DNA from: Burkholderiales bacterium
Lineage (GTDB): Bacteria > Pseudomonadota > Gammaproteobacteria > Burkholderiales > SG8-41
Assembly (NCBI GenBank): GCA_044867805.1
Contig: JBIOVQ010000229.1
Location: forward strand, 1-52,172
Direction: 5' to 3'
DNA length: 52,172 nt
Part shown: one piece after another, positions 1 to 8,506 of the stretch
Layout: the number at the start of each line of letters is the position of its first letter
How positions within the stretch are numbered: the stretch's first letter is position 1
Notes under the pieces: generated by a model
What the model saw: the letters and a program-made list of their open reading frames with translations, nothing else
Databases searched by the model: none
Told to the model about the DNA's origin: nothing
Translations under genes and position numbers: made by a program

Positions 1-504
1 CCCTCCATCTTCCTTAGCAGCAATCACGGATTCCACGAATTCAAATCCACTGCCTCTTTCCGTTCGCGAGATGGGCCCGTCAGACCATGCAAGTCTAGAA
101 GCCGCTAGCTCTGCTCGCCGGTTCCAAGGTGTTGCGTCACTGTACGGATCCCCATACCAGAACTGATCGAACAAGTCCTTCTCCGTCGCCGGGGGTAGTG
201 GCTTGACCACCAGCACGCTTTTCACACCGGTGAACGTCTTGTAAATCTTCTCCCCGGCTTCGGTGTCGCACTTCTTCTTGAAATACGCCCACGACTCGCG
301 CGCATAGGCTTCGCGCTGCGCCTGCTCGATCAGCCGCTTCGCTGGCAGAAATCCGAACACGGCAATCGCGACAGCGGTCCATATCGCCTTGCCCCGCTGG
401 CCCTTACCCTTCCAGAGCGCCAGGGCGACCGCACCAATGGCGAACAGCCAATAGAGGACACCGAGTCCTCGCAGCACGCTACCTATTCCGGTCAGTTCAA
501 GCAT
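1..504 (-). CDS. Membrane-anchored hypothetical protein, 3' end outside window; possible immunity-type protein
   Basis: Not in ORF track. Manual translation from ATG 504 (AAGGAG upstream) is open to base 1: MLELTGIGSVLRGLGVLYWLFAIGAVALALWKGKGQRGKAIWTAVAIAVFGFLP...YFKKKCDTEAGEKIYKT...; two N-terminal hydrophobic segments. Confidence 0.8.
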   Translation of the reverse strand, partial: MLELTGIGSVLRGLGVLYWLFAIGAVALALWKGKGQRGKAIWTAVAIAVFGFLPAKRLIEQAQREAYARESWAYFKKKCDTEAGEKIYKTFTGVKSVLVVKPLPPATEKDLFDQFWYGDPYSDATPWNRRAELAASRLAWSDGPISRTERGSGFEFVESVIAAKEDGG

Positions 505-569
505 TTCTCATTTCTCCTTCCAAGGCCTGCAAGCGGCAACAATATGCAATTAGCGTTAATAATCGTTAA

Positions 570-730
570 TTGGGGTCGGACCACGCTATGCCTCGGTACT
601 TTCAAGACTTTCCTCCCAATAAAGGGTGTTTTCCGGCCTTAGAGCCCCATTGTCGGCCCCCAAAAGGACCGTATAAGGTTGCCTGGATTCTTGCAGCGCA
701 AAGAGCCCGTCCGACGTGGCGATTTCGCGT
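570..730. repeat. Imperfect ~160-bp direct repeat, copy 1
   Basis: TTGGGGTCGGACCACGCTATGCCTC...AAAGAGCCCGTCCGACG aligns with 1644-1811. Confidence 0.95.
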
Positions 731-775
731 CCCTTTGCCCTCACGCCAAGCTCACGTTTCACCGCTTCTAACGAA
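586..775 (-). pseudogene. Probable 3' remnant of a second Y1/RAYT-type transposase
   Basis: Reads EAVKRELGVRAKGREIATSDGLFALQESRQPYTVLLGADNGALRPENTLYWEESLESTEA*, which I recall as resembling C-termini of longer Y1 transposases; followed by GGTCCGACCCCA; cut off near the 781 repeat. Confidence 0.55.
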
Positions 776-780
776 AAATG

Positions 781-803
781 AAAAATGGGGTCGGAGTCAT
801 TTT
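781..803. repeat. REP-like 23-bp inverted repeat, left of RAYT gene
   Basis: AAAAATGGGGTCGGAGTCATTTT is the exact reverse complement of 1617-1639 and contains the transposase TGA stop (797-799). Confidence 0.95.
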
Positions 804-1534
804 TGCAATGCGGGACGGAAGCGGTAACGGGTAAGACGCTCGCGAGCAACAAATTTTCTGGGACGACCGCGCACTGGCACGTGTACACGGCGTCCCAGTG
901 CCCCTTCCAGTTTTTGCCTAAAGCCTTCCGTGCCGAGTACCAGTTCGTAATTGAGTGCTTCGCGTATTTCCTTGAGCTCCGGCAAATCGACCTGATGACG
1001 AAACAGGGTCTGATAAGCGTGCCTGCGCTCGTCCGCTGTGCGCCCCAGTGCTATGTATAGCGGGTGGTCTCGAATCAGCGGGTTGCTCTCGCCTAAGGCG
1101 TGATAGGCGAAGCTCGACCACCGGTATTGATCGGGACGGTCTACCATCTTCGCCCGCACGGGATTTAGCTCAATATAGCGATAGCACCTCAACAAATAGG
1201 GCTCATCTTCCACTAAGCTCGCTTTGAAGCGCCCCTCCCATAGCGTTCCAGTGCGCCGGTAGGTGTAATTCACGTATTGAACGTAACGACGCCCCACCGA
1301 CTGCATCAAGCGTGAGACCGCACGGCTGACATACGGCGTAACCAGTAGGTGAACGTGGTTCGTTATCAGCACGTAGGCATGGATATCGCAAGAGTGCTGC
1401 TCGGCCGCCTCCCGCAAACACTGAAGATAGAACAAACGATCCGCATCGGCGAAGAAAGTGCCCTGACGATTATTCCCACGCTGCACAACGTGCAGTGGCA
1501 CTCCTGGCAAGTCCAATCTCATTCGTCGCGGCAT
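797..1534 (-). mobile_element. REP-associated tyrosine transposase (RAYT; Y1/HUH, IS200-like fold), 245 aa
   Basis: HVVQRGNNRQ, HUH motif NHVHLL, LWEGRFKA, catalytic-Tyr region RYIELNPVRA, YRWSS; flanked by inverted repeats. Confidence 0.92.
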
Positions 1535-1616
1535 GAATTAGCCTCAGCGGTCCGTCCCATTGCCCATCGCCCAAGAAATCCGCTCAAAGCGACGCGGGGT
1601 TGCATTTCGTCAGACG

Positions 1617-1654
1617 AAAATGACTCCGACCCCATTTTTGCCGTTGGGGTCGGA
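1617..1654. repeat. REP-like inverted repeat right of RAYT gene, forming a REP-doublet hairpin
   Basis: AAAATGACTCCGACCCCATTTTT (1617-1639); TCCGACCCCA (1625-1634) pairs with TGGGGTCGGA (1645-1654). Confidence 0.9.
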
Positions 1655-1811
1655 CCACGCTATGCCTCTGTGCTTTCAAGACTTTCCTCCCAATAAAGAA
1701 TAAAGGGTGTTTCCCGGCCTTAGAGCCCCACTTTCGGCCCCAAAAAGGGCCGTATAAGACTGCGTGGGTTCCTGCAGGGCAAAGAGCCCGTCCGACGCAG
1801 CGATCTCGCGT
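1644..1811. repeat. Imperfect direct repeat, copy 2 (frameshifted transposase 3' remnant)
   Basis: Minus strand reads REIAASDGLFALQEPTQSYTALFGAESGALRPGNTLY, then a 7-nt AATAAAG duplication shifts the frame before WEESLESTEA*. Confidence 0.9.
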
Positions 1812-1842
1812 GTGCTTCACGATCGTCTCCGGGTGCTTAGTC

Positions 1843-4800
1843 CTAAAGTTGACGGAAGCCTTCGTCCAGCCCCTGCAAAGTTTCGAAGTTTCCGACAGGG
1901 CGCGCTGCGCCGGTCGATCCTGCGTAGCCAAAGCGCTCCGCCAACACTCCCGCCCCGAGCAGACCCTCGCTGAGAAAGCGCCACGCACCCGCGCCGTGCT
2001 GCATATCTTCGCCGTGTTCGCTCGAAAGCGCGCTCAGATAGCGGCTTACGCGCTGCCAGCGGAGCGCGATTTCGGCTGGACCGAGTGCTTCTTCGGTGCT
2101 GCCGTCGCTCGCGAACCACTCGAGCAGGATCGCGAAGTCGTAATCTGGCTGCTGCGCAAGTTGCGCTGCCACAGGGTCGTACCCGCCGCCGGGGTCGGCA
2201 CCCGGCGTCGCGCTCGAAGATTCAGCCTGCGGGCCTTCCGGTTGCAAATCATGGGCCTCAACGTCGAGACCAGGCGCGTCATCGACTGTTGCGGATTGCA
2301 CGGGAGACAACTCCGTAGCGATGCGGCCAGGCGCAGCCTGCGGCGCCTGATCCACTGCGAGGCTGCGCACCGCGGCCGCCGAGTGCACCTGGTGTCTTTG
2401 CGGAGGGTCCGGCAGGACCCGCGGCGCCGGCACGAATTGAAGGTGACCGAGGCCATGCCCGCCCTTTGCGCCCGGATTCCCCGGACTGGTGCCCGCCCCG
2501 TCGTTAAAATTGAAGTCGTGGCCCGGGGGCGGCGGGTCTTCGCCGTTGCCAACGCCTTCGTTGCCATGAACGCCGCCGCCACCGCCGCCTCCTCCATCCT
2601 CAAAGCTCAGGCGGAACTCGTCGGACGTGAAGAGACCGGAACTTTCGCCGCCGAGATCGCCGTCGGCCGCAGTGACTTCGATGTCGAGGAAGCCGGTCGC
2701 GTCGCCCGGCGCGCTGCCGGAGAAAGTCTGCGTCTGCGCATCGAAAGCGAGCCACGCCGGCAGCTCGGAGCCATCGGCCAACACCGCGCTATAGATCAGC
2801 TCGTCGCCCTGGTCGACGTCGGTGAAGCTACCCGCGGGGACCGCGTACGTGAAGCTGCGGCCCGGGCGCACGCTCTGATCCACCAGCGGGATGGCGACGA
2901 CGGGCGCATCGTTTTGCCCTTCGACGAACACGTCCAGCGTGGAGGAGCTCGCCGCAATGCCGTCGGTCACGCCGTAACTGAAGGTGTCTGGGAAGGCCTC
3001 GAAGCGAGGCAAGGACTGGACCGCCAGCGAGTCGTTATCGAGGCTGTAGCTATAGTTTCCGTCAACACCCAAACTCAGGGTGCCGTAGATCCCGGTGTAA
3101 ATTCCCGGATTCCCCACCAGCAGCGTCGTTCCTGCGTCCACGTCCCGGTCGTTCTCGAGGACGTCGCCAGTTGCAAAGAGAACGGCGTCCTCCACGGCGA
3201 AGTTGCTGTCGGGAAACGCCATCGGCGCGTCGTTGCGTCCCGAGATCGTGACGACAATCTGCGACGAGGCGCTCGCCGCCCCGGTCGGATCGTCGTCCGT
3301 CGCCGTATAGGAGAAGCTGTTGGTCGCCGCCTGGTTGGCACCGAGGCTCTGCACCGCGAGCGAAGCGTTGTTCAGTGTGTAGGTGAACGCACCCGTGCTT
3401 GCGAGCGACAGCGAGCCGTGCGCGCCGATAAAAGTCCCCGGATTCGTTACGCGCAGAGCGCGCCCTTCGGGATCCACGTCGTTCGCAAGCGCGTCTCCGC
3501 TTGCGGTGAGGATGCCGTCCTCAGTAACGTCGGCCGAATCAGGTGCGAGCAGCGGTGGCTGATTTTGCACCAGGCGCGCCTGCACTCCCGCACGATCGAG
3601 CACCGTACCGTCCCCGAGCCCGAGCTGGTTCCATGCGGCGGGATTGCTGAACCAGTCGCGCGCCGTGAACCGATCCGCCGTACCGGTCACGAGAATGACG
3701 AGATCGTTTCCGGCACGTTGCAGCGTCACCTGGCTATCGAGCAGGCCGCCCACGAGTTGCACGCCGTTGACACCTTGCGCGTCGATGGCGACGTCCTGCC
3801 CATAGCCCGAGCCGAAGAGATAAGTATCGTTCCCCGCGCCGCCATCCAGCGGCTGATCGTTGCCGGCGCCGCCGCCCAGCCGATCGTCACCTAGGCCGCC
3901 TGTCAGCAGGTCGATGCCCGCGCCCCCTTCGAGAAGGTCGTGGCCATCCCCGCCAAGCAGGCTGTCGTTGCCGTCGCCGCCATCGGCGTAGTCGTCCCCT
4001 GCTCCAAGATCAATGGAGTCGTTCCCGCCACGGCCCATGACAGCATCGCTGCCGCCGAACGCCTGGATCGGGTCGTTAAGCGCCGTGCCCGACAGCGCAT
4101 CGTCGCCGGGTGTTCCCCGGATCTGAAAGCCTAGCGCCTGGATCACCTGTTGCCGGCTCAAAACAGACGAGTCCGCGAACTGGAAGAACTCGATCGATCC
4201 CGCAAGAGGGTTGTCGGGGTCGAAATCGTCGAGATGAACCTCGCCGCCATCGGGCAGAACGATCTTCAACGACCCCACGTCGAGGCGCAGATTACCCAGG
4301 ACGAAATTGTTGAACACCAGGAAGTCCGTGCCGCCGCTATCGGCAATGCGGTCGTTACCGTCGCCGAGGGAATAGAAATAGACGTCGTCGCCGTCGCCGC
4401 CGTTGACGGCATCGTCTCCCAGGCCGCCGATCAATTGATCGTTGCCGCCACCGCCGACGAGCGTGTCGTTTCCCGATTCGCCGAACAGCACATCATCCTC
4501 GCTGCCGCCGTCGAGCACGTCGTCGCCCTCACCGCCGTGCAACTGATCCATGCCCGCGTCGCCGGAGATGGAGTCGTTGCCGGCGCCGCCGAGCAGCGAG
4601 CCGCCGAAGAACGAATGGTCGTCTCCGGCGCCGCCGGCGATGATATCGTCGCCGCCCTGACCATCGACGAAGTCGCTGCCCTCGCCGCCGTCGATGAAGT
4701 CCGCATCACCAGAGGGATCGGTGCCGCCTTCGTCGCCAACAATCTGGTCGTTGCCGGCGTCACCGAGAAGGACGTCCATGCCGGCATTGCCGACCAGGAT

Positions 4801-7770
4801 ATCGGCGTCCGCGCCGCCGTGGAGCTCGTCGTCGCCCCCTTCGCCGATCAGGATGTCGTCGCCCGCTTCGCCCGAGATGAAATCGTTACCATCACCGACC
4901 CCGCTGCCCGAGTCCCCCTGGAGGAAATCAGCGCCGTCGCCGCCGAAGATCGTGTCGCTATTGCCGGCGCCAAGAATTGTGTCGTCGCCGCCTTCGCCGT
5001 CGAGATAGTCGGTGCCGCCGATGTCAGTCGAATCGCCGAACATGCGGTCGTTGCCCTCGCCGCCGAAGAGCGCGTCGTCGCCGCCGTCGCCGTTCATCTC
5101 GTCGTTGCCGTCCTCGCCGTCGATAAAGTCGTCGCCGTGCTGGGCTATCGGGACGCTTGACGAGTCTCCGAACAGCTTGTCGTTGCCGCCGCCGCCGAAG
5201 ATCTCGTCGGCGCCGGCCTCGCCGAATACCACGTCCTCGCCAGCGCCGCCGTCGACCCAGTCGTTTCCCTCGTCCGTGAAGAGCCAATCCGCTCCGGCGC
5301 CCCCGTGGACCACGTCATCGCCGCCAGGCGACGGAGGAAGGAACCCCACCCCGTTGTAGATCCTGTTGTACAGCGTCGTGCCGCCGCCCAGATCGATGAC
5401 CTCGCGCGTCACGCTCCATCCCAGGGATACGATCGAGGTTTCGAGGTCGCCATCCACGTCGTCGTCGCCTGCGCCGGTGATGATGAGATCGGCGCCCGAG
5501 CCACCATTCAGCGCGTCGTTGCTCGCGCCGGAGACGAGGATGTCGTCTTCAGATCCACCGTCGATGAAGTCCCCGCGCAACCCGGTGCCCGCCGCGTCCT
5601 GCGCGGCAAGCGCGGCCTCGAGCGTGACCTCATCATCGCCGAAGACCTTGTCCTTGCCCGCATCGCCGCGCAGCAGGTCGCCGTCGGTCCCGCCGATGAC
5701 GATGTCGTCGCCCGCCCGGCCGGAAACGATATCTCGCCCTTCGCCGCCGTCGAGCTTGTCGTTCCCGCCGCGGGATGCTTCGATCACGTCCGCGCCTGCA
5801 AAAGCCCGGATGTCATCGTTCCCGGCGCTGTCGAACAGCAGGTCCGCGCGTCCGGGCTCCGGCTGGCCCGGATCGGTGATGATGTTGCCCAGATCGTCCA
5901 CTCGCGTCTGGATCCCGGGCGTGCCGGGATCGAAGTCCACCGGTGCCAGATCGCCGACGATGGTGCGGTCGGTGACGATGGGCTGCGGCGCGTTGCCAAG
6001 GTAGATGCCGAAATCGCCGTTCTGGATGTCGGCCCCGAGATCGAGTGTGCTGCCGTCCGCCAGCGTCAGTATCCAGTTGGCGCCGTGCGTGAGCGTCATG
6101 CCGCCTTCCGCTGCATTCCAGACCTGGGAAGTACCTTGCTGCAGGAACAGACCCGCCACCGGCGTGTCCCCCGCGTCCGACTCCAGGACTATGCGCCCGC
6201 CCAGGAGGCCGCCGCCTTCGCGCTCTTCGATGATCTGGTCGTTCCCGTCGCCCGCGCGGCGGTAGTAATGGTCCAGGCCCGTGCCGCCCTTGAGAACGTC
6301 ATCGCCGGGACCGCCAACAAGGATGTCGTTGCCGCCTCCGGCATCCAGCGTGTCGGTGCCCTCCAGGCCGAACAGTCTGTCTCTTCCGTCCCCGGAACTG
6401 AGCTGGTCCGCGCCCGATCCGCCGAGCATGAGGTCGAACTTCGCATCGGCGCTGGCGGTAGCGACGAGATTTCCTTCGGATTGCAGACTGTACCGTTCAG
6501 AGCTGACAATAAAGCGATCGAGATTCGGGTACAGATTGCCCAGGGCGTCGTGCAGCTCTCTTAGTCCTTCGCTTGTAAATTGCGAGTGCTCCGGCCGCGG
6601 CGAAAATTGAATGCCCCCGCCTAATGATTCAAATACCGGCTGATACAGTCCGCTCGCCACTTCGGTCGCTCGATCGATTCCTTGCCCGTAGTGCATCCCC
6701 ATCCCAAGGGAAACCAGCGCGGCCTTGATCTTGCCTGCGCTGAGCCCGCCGTTTAGCCGCTGAACGTCCTGCGCAAAGGTATCCGACGCGCCGTTAAGGT
6801 TCTGCCGCACCATGAGGTTGATGAAGTTGCGATCCGCCGTCTCTTGCTTGAAGTTCAGCCTGGAAGTGAAGAACTTCTGCAGCAGTTCCGGATGCGCGCT
6901 GCTCGCGTCGAGCAATTGCTGCGACTGCAGGAAGGACACGAGCAACGGCATGTAGTGCATGTCGATCGGGTCACCAGTGAACAAAGGCCAGCCCCAACCG
7001 TTGCCGTTTACGGCCCGTGGATCACGGCTGTCTTCGGAGCCTGCAATGTTGGCTACGTTCAGCGCCATGAACAACAAAGAGGGATGCGTAAGACCGACTG
7101 CCGTGAGCAGCAACCTTCCGGAAAGCCCGCGGAGATACTCAAGCGCCTCGCCTTTCAGATACAAATGGCTCACATTGCTCTCTCGAGCCACCCGGGTAGG
7201 ACTCGGAATGAGAGATCCAAAAACAGGATCGAACGCGCGATAGTCTGCAAACGAAGACGGCAGTGAATAACCCGCTCCGACGAGCTCGGACCTGAGCCTG
7301 CTTACGACAAAGAAAGAGTCGGCGGATTTTTCAAATGGTGCGGAGTCAAATGTCGCTGCTGTCCGGTCGAAAAACACCGCCATCAGGGAGGCAAGACCGC
7401 CCCCGAGGGAATGTCCCGTAAAGCTGATGTTTGCCCCCGGGTTTGCAGCAAGCACGTCCAGATAGAACCTTGCGGCATCAACCACCTGGCGCGCCAGAGT
7501 CACCCCGGCGGCGGCAGGCACATTGCCTTTAAGCCAGTCGCGGAGCTGGTCTGCGGTGCCGCCCTCGAACGTAGTCCCGCCGAACGAAATGACGATCTCG
7601 CCGGTGCTGTTTCGATATGCCCGAGCCAGAAATCCGCTGTTGGCTAGATCCCGACCGTCGAACCGTGTCCACCCCGCTGAGGCTGGAATTTCGTTGTTGG
7701 GATCAACCACGTTCTCCGATTCGGCGTACGAATTTGCCGCCATCAAGGCATATTCGAGAGTTGTCGGCAT
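1843..7770 (-). CDS. T1SS-secreted RTX protein: N-terminal lipase (alpha/beta hydrolase) domain, Ca-binding nonapeptide repeats, VCBS/cadherin-like domains; 1975 aa
   Basis: FTGHSLGGGLA nucleophile elbow; dozens of GGxGxD repeats; NQPP/NDAP-initiated Ig-like domains with YTLNN/YSLDN; CADG-like LADGSELPAWLAFD; GGAG RBS; no Sec signal. Confidence 0.93.
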   Translation of the reverse strand: MPTTLEYALMAANSYAESENVVDPNNEIPASAGWTRFDGRDLANSGFLARAYRNSTGEIVISFGGTTFEGGTADQLRDWLKGNVPAAAGVTLARQVVDAARFYLDVLAANPGANISFTGHSLGGGLASLMAVFFDRTAATFDSAPFEKSADSFFVVSRLRSELVGAGYSLPSSFADYRAFDPVFGSLIPSPTRVARESNVSHLYLKGEALEYLRGLSGRLLLTAVGLTHPSLLFMALNVANIAGSEDSRDPRAVNGNGWGWPLFTGDPIDMHYMPLLVSFLQSQQLLDASSAHPELLQKFFTSRLNFKQETADRNFINLMVRQNLNGASDTFAQDVQRLNGGLSAGKIKAALVSLGMGMHYGQGIDRATEVASGLYQPVFESLGGGIQFSPRPEHSQFTSEGLRELHDALGNLYPNLDRFIVSSERYSLQSEGNLVATASADAKFDLMLGGSGADQLSSGDGRDRLFGLEGTDTLDAGGGNDILVGGPGDDVLKGGTGLDHYYRRAGDGNDQIIEEREGGGLLGGRIVLESDAGDTPVAGLFLQQGTSQVWNAAEGGMTLTHGANWILTLADGSTLDLGADIQNGDFGIYLGNAPQPIVTDRTIVGDLAPVDFDPGTPGIQTRVDDLGNIITDPGQPEPGRADLLFDSAGNDDIRAFAGADVIEASRGGNDKLDGGEGRDIVSGRAGDDIVIGGTDGDLLRGDAGKDKVFGDDEVTLEAALAAQDAAGTGLRGDFIDGGSEDDILVSGASNDALNGGSGADLIITGAGDDDVDGDLETSIVSLGWSVTREVIDLGGGTTLYNRIYNGVGFLPPSPGGDDVVHGGAGADWLFTDEGNDWVDGGAGEDVVFGEAGADEIFGGGGNDKLFGDSSSVPIAQHGDDFIDGEDGNDEMNGDGGDDALFGGEGNDRMFGDSTDIGGTDYLDGEGGDDTILGAGNSDTIFGGDGADFLQGDSGSGVGDGNDFISGEAGDDILIGEGGDDELHGGADADILVGNAGMDVLLGDAGNDQIVGDEGGTDPSGDADFIDGGEGSDFVDGQGGDDIIAGGAGDDHSFFGGSLLGGAGNDSISGDAGMDQLHGGEGDDVLDGGSEDDVLFGESGNDTLVGGGGNDQLIGGLGDDAVNGGDGDDVYFYSLGDGNDRIADSGGTDFLVFNNFVLGNLRLDVGSLKIVLPDGGEVHLDDFDPDNPLAGSIEFFQFADSSVLSRQQVIQALGFQIRGTPGDDALSGTALNDPIQAFGGSDAVMGRGGNDSIDLGAGDDYADGGDGNDSLLGGDGHDLLEGGAGIDLLTGGLGDDRLGGGAGNDQPLDGGAGNDTYLFGSGYGQDVAIDAQGVNGVQLVGGLLDSQVTLQRAGNDLVILVTGTADRFTARDWFSNPAAWNQLGLGDGTVLDRAGVQARLVQNQPPLLAPDSADVTEDGILTASGDALANDVDPEGRALRVTNPGTFIGAHGSLSLASTGAFTYTLNNASLAVQSLGANQAATNSFSYTATDDDPTGAASASSQIVVTISGRNDAPMAFPDSNFAVEDAVLFATGDVLENDRDVDAGTTLLVGNPGIYTGIYGTLSLGVDGNYSYSLDNDSLAVQSLPRFEAFPDTFSYGVTDGIAASSSTLDVFVEGQNDAPVVAIPLVDQSVRPGRSFTYAVPAGSFTDVDQGDELIYSAVLADGSELPAWLAFDAQTQTFSGSAPGDATGFLDIEVTAADGDLGGESSGLFTSDEFRLSFEDGGGGGGGGVHGNEGVGNGEDPPPPGHDFNFNDGAGTSPGNPGAKGGHGLGHLQFVPAPRVLPDPPQRHQVHSAAAVRSLAVDQAPQAAPGRIATELSPVQSATVDDAPGLDVEAHDLQPEGPQAESSSATPGADPGGGYDPVAAQLAQQPDYDFAILLEWFASDGSTEEALGPAEIALRWQRVSRYLSALSSEHGEDMQHGAGAWRFLSEGLLGAGVLAERFGYAGSTGAARPVGNFETLQGLDEGFRQL

Positions 7771-7795
7771 GTCATCTCCCCTTCAGAGAAAAGGA

Positions 7796-8455
7796 TCACC
7801 AATCACAACGCGCGGCTTTCGACGACAAAAACACATCCGGAGTTCGATCAGTCTGAGACTTGACGGTCTTGCATTTGGTGCACATACCCTTGTAGTTAGG
7901 CAATTCATTCAGCCACTTTGCGCCCCGAGCCTTGAGTTCATAGTTGAGGCTGATATCGAAATTCTCCTTGGCGGCGAGCGTAACCAGGCCGCGAGCATCA
8001 TCCTTCTCGTTGGCCTGTACTGGGCTCAGGATGAGGTTAATCCGGAGTTGCGCCGGGAACTTGCTGCTCTCGATCCTCTGCCATGTCCCGGCAACCCATA
8101 CGAAATACAGCGCGCTTGTATCCGGATAGCCGTGGAGCATGCAAGTTGAACAACCACGCAATGACACCTTGACGTAAGCCTTGCCGTCCACGACGTCAAA
8201 ATTCTCCGGATTGTATTCAGGCTTGGATTTCCAATGGATTCCCATCGGCGGATAGCACAGCTCGTGGTACATGGCTCGGCCTCGTTTCTGTACCGGGAAA
8301 CCGCTTGCCGTGAGCTCGGTGCGGCGCTTGACCTGAATGACTCTGCCGTCATGCTGCCTGACTTCTTCCGTCCACTTGATTTCCGTCGGGCCGCAGCCTG
8401 CGATCCCGGGGAAAAGCGATAACAACATGGCGCCAGCCGCGAGTGAGTGCTTCAT
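7796..8455 (-). CDS. Cys-rich lipoprotein, candidate immunity protein for the lipase-RTX
   Basis: ATG 8455 with GAGGA RBS; signal MKHSLAAGAMLLSLFPGIAG-C (lipobox-like); two CxxC pairs; 25 nt upstream of the RTX gene. Confidence 0.75.
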   Translation of the reverse strand: MKHSLAAGAMLLSLFPGIAGCGPTEIKWTEEVRQHDGRVIQVKRRTELTASGFPVQKRGRAMYHELCYPPMGIHWKSKPEYNPENFDVVDGKAYVKVSLRGCSTCMLHGYPDTSALYFVWVAGTWQRIESSKFPAQLRINLILSPVQANEKDDARGLVTLAAKENFDISLNYELKARGAKWLNELPNYKGMCTKCKTVKSQTDRTPDVFLSSKAARCDW

Positions 8456-8506
8456 CGAACATTCCTCAAGACCGAATCGAAAATGGGGCCGCATAATGAA
8501 TATTTA

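Noticed and set aside
1810-6564. Long plus-strand ORFs (694, 336, 419 aa) opposite the RTX gene, and similar antisense ORFs across the window
   Set aside because: Shadow frames of high-GC genes; no motifs, and fully overlapping well-supported genes
7870-8160. CSTC and CTKC in the lipoprotein as heme c sites
   Set aside because: Neither is followed by His (CxxCH); disulfides or metal binding are more likely
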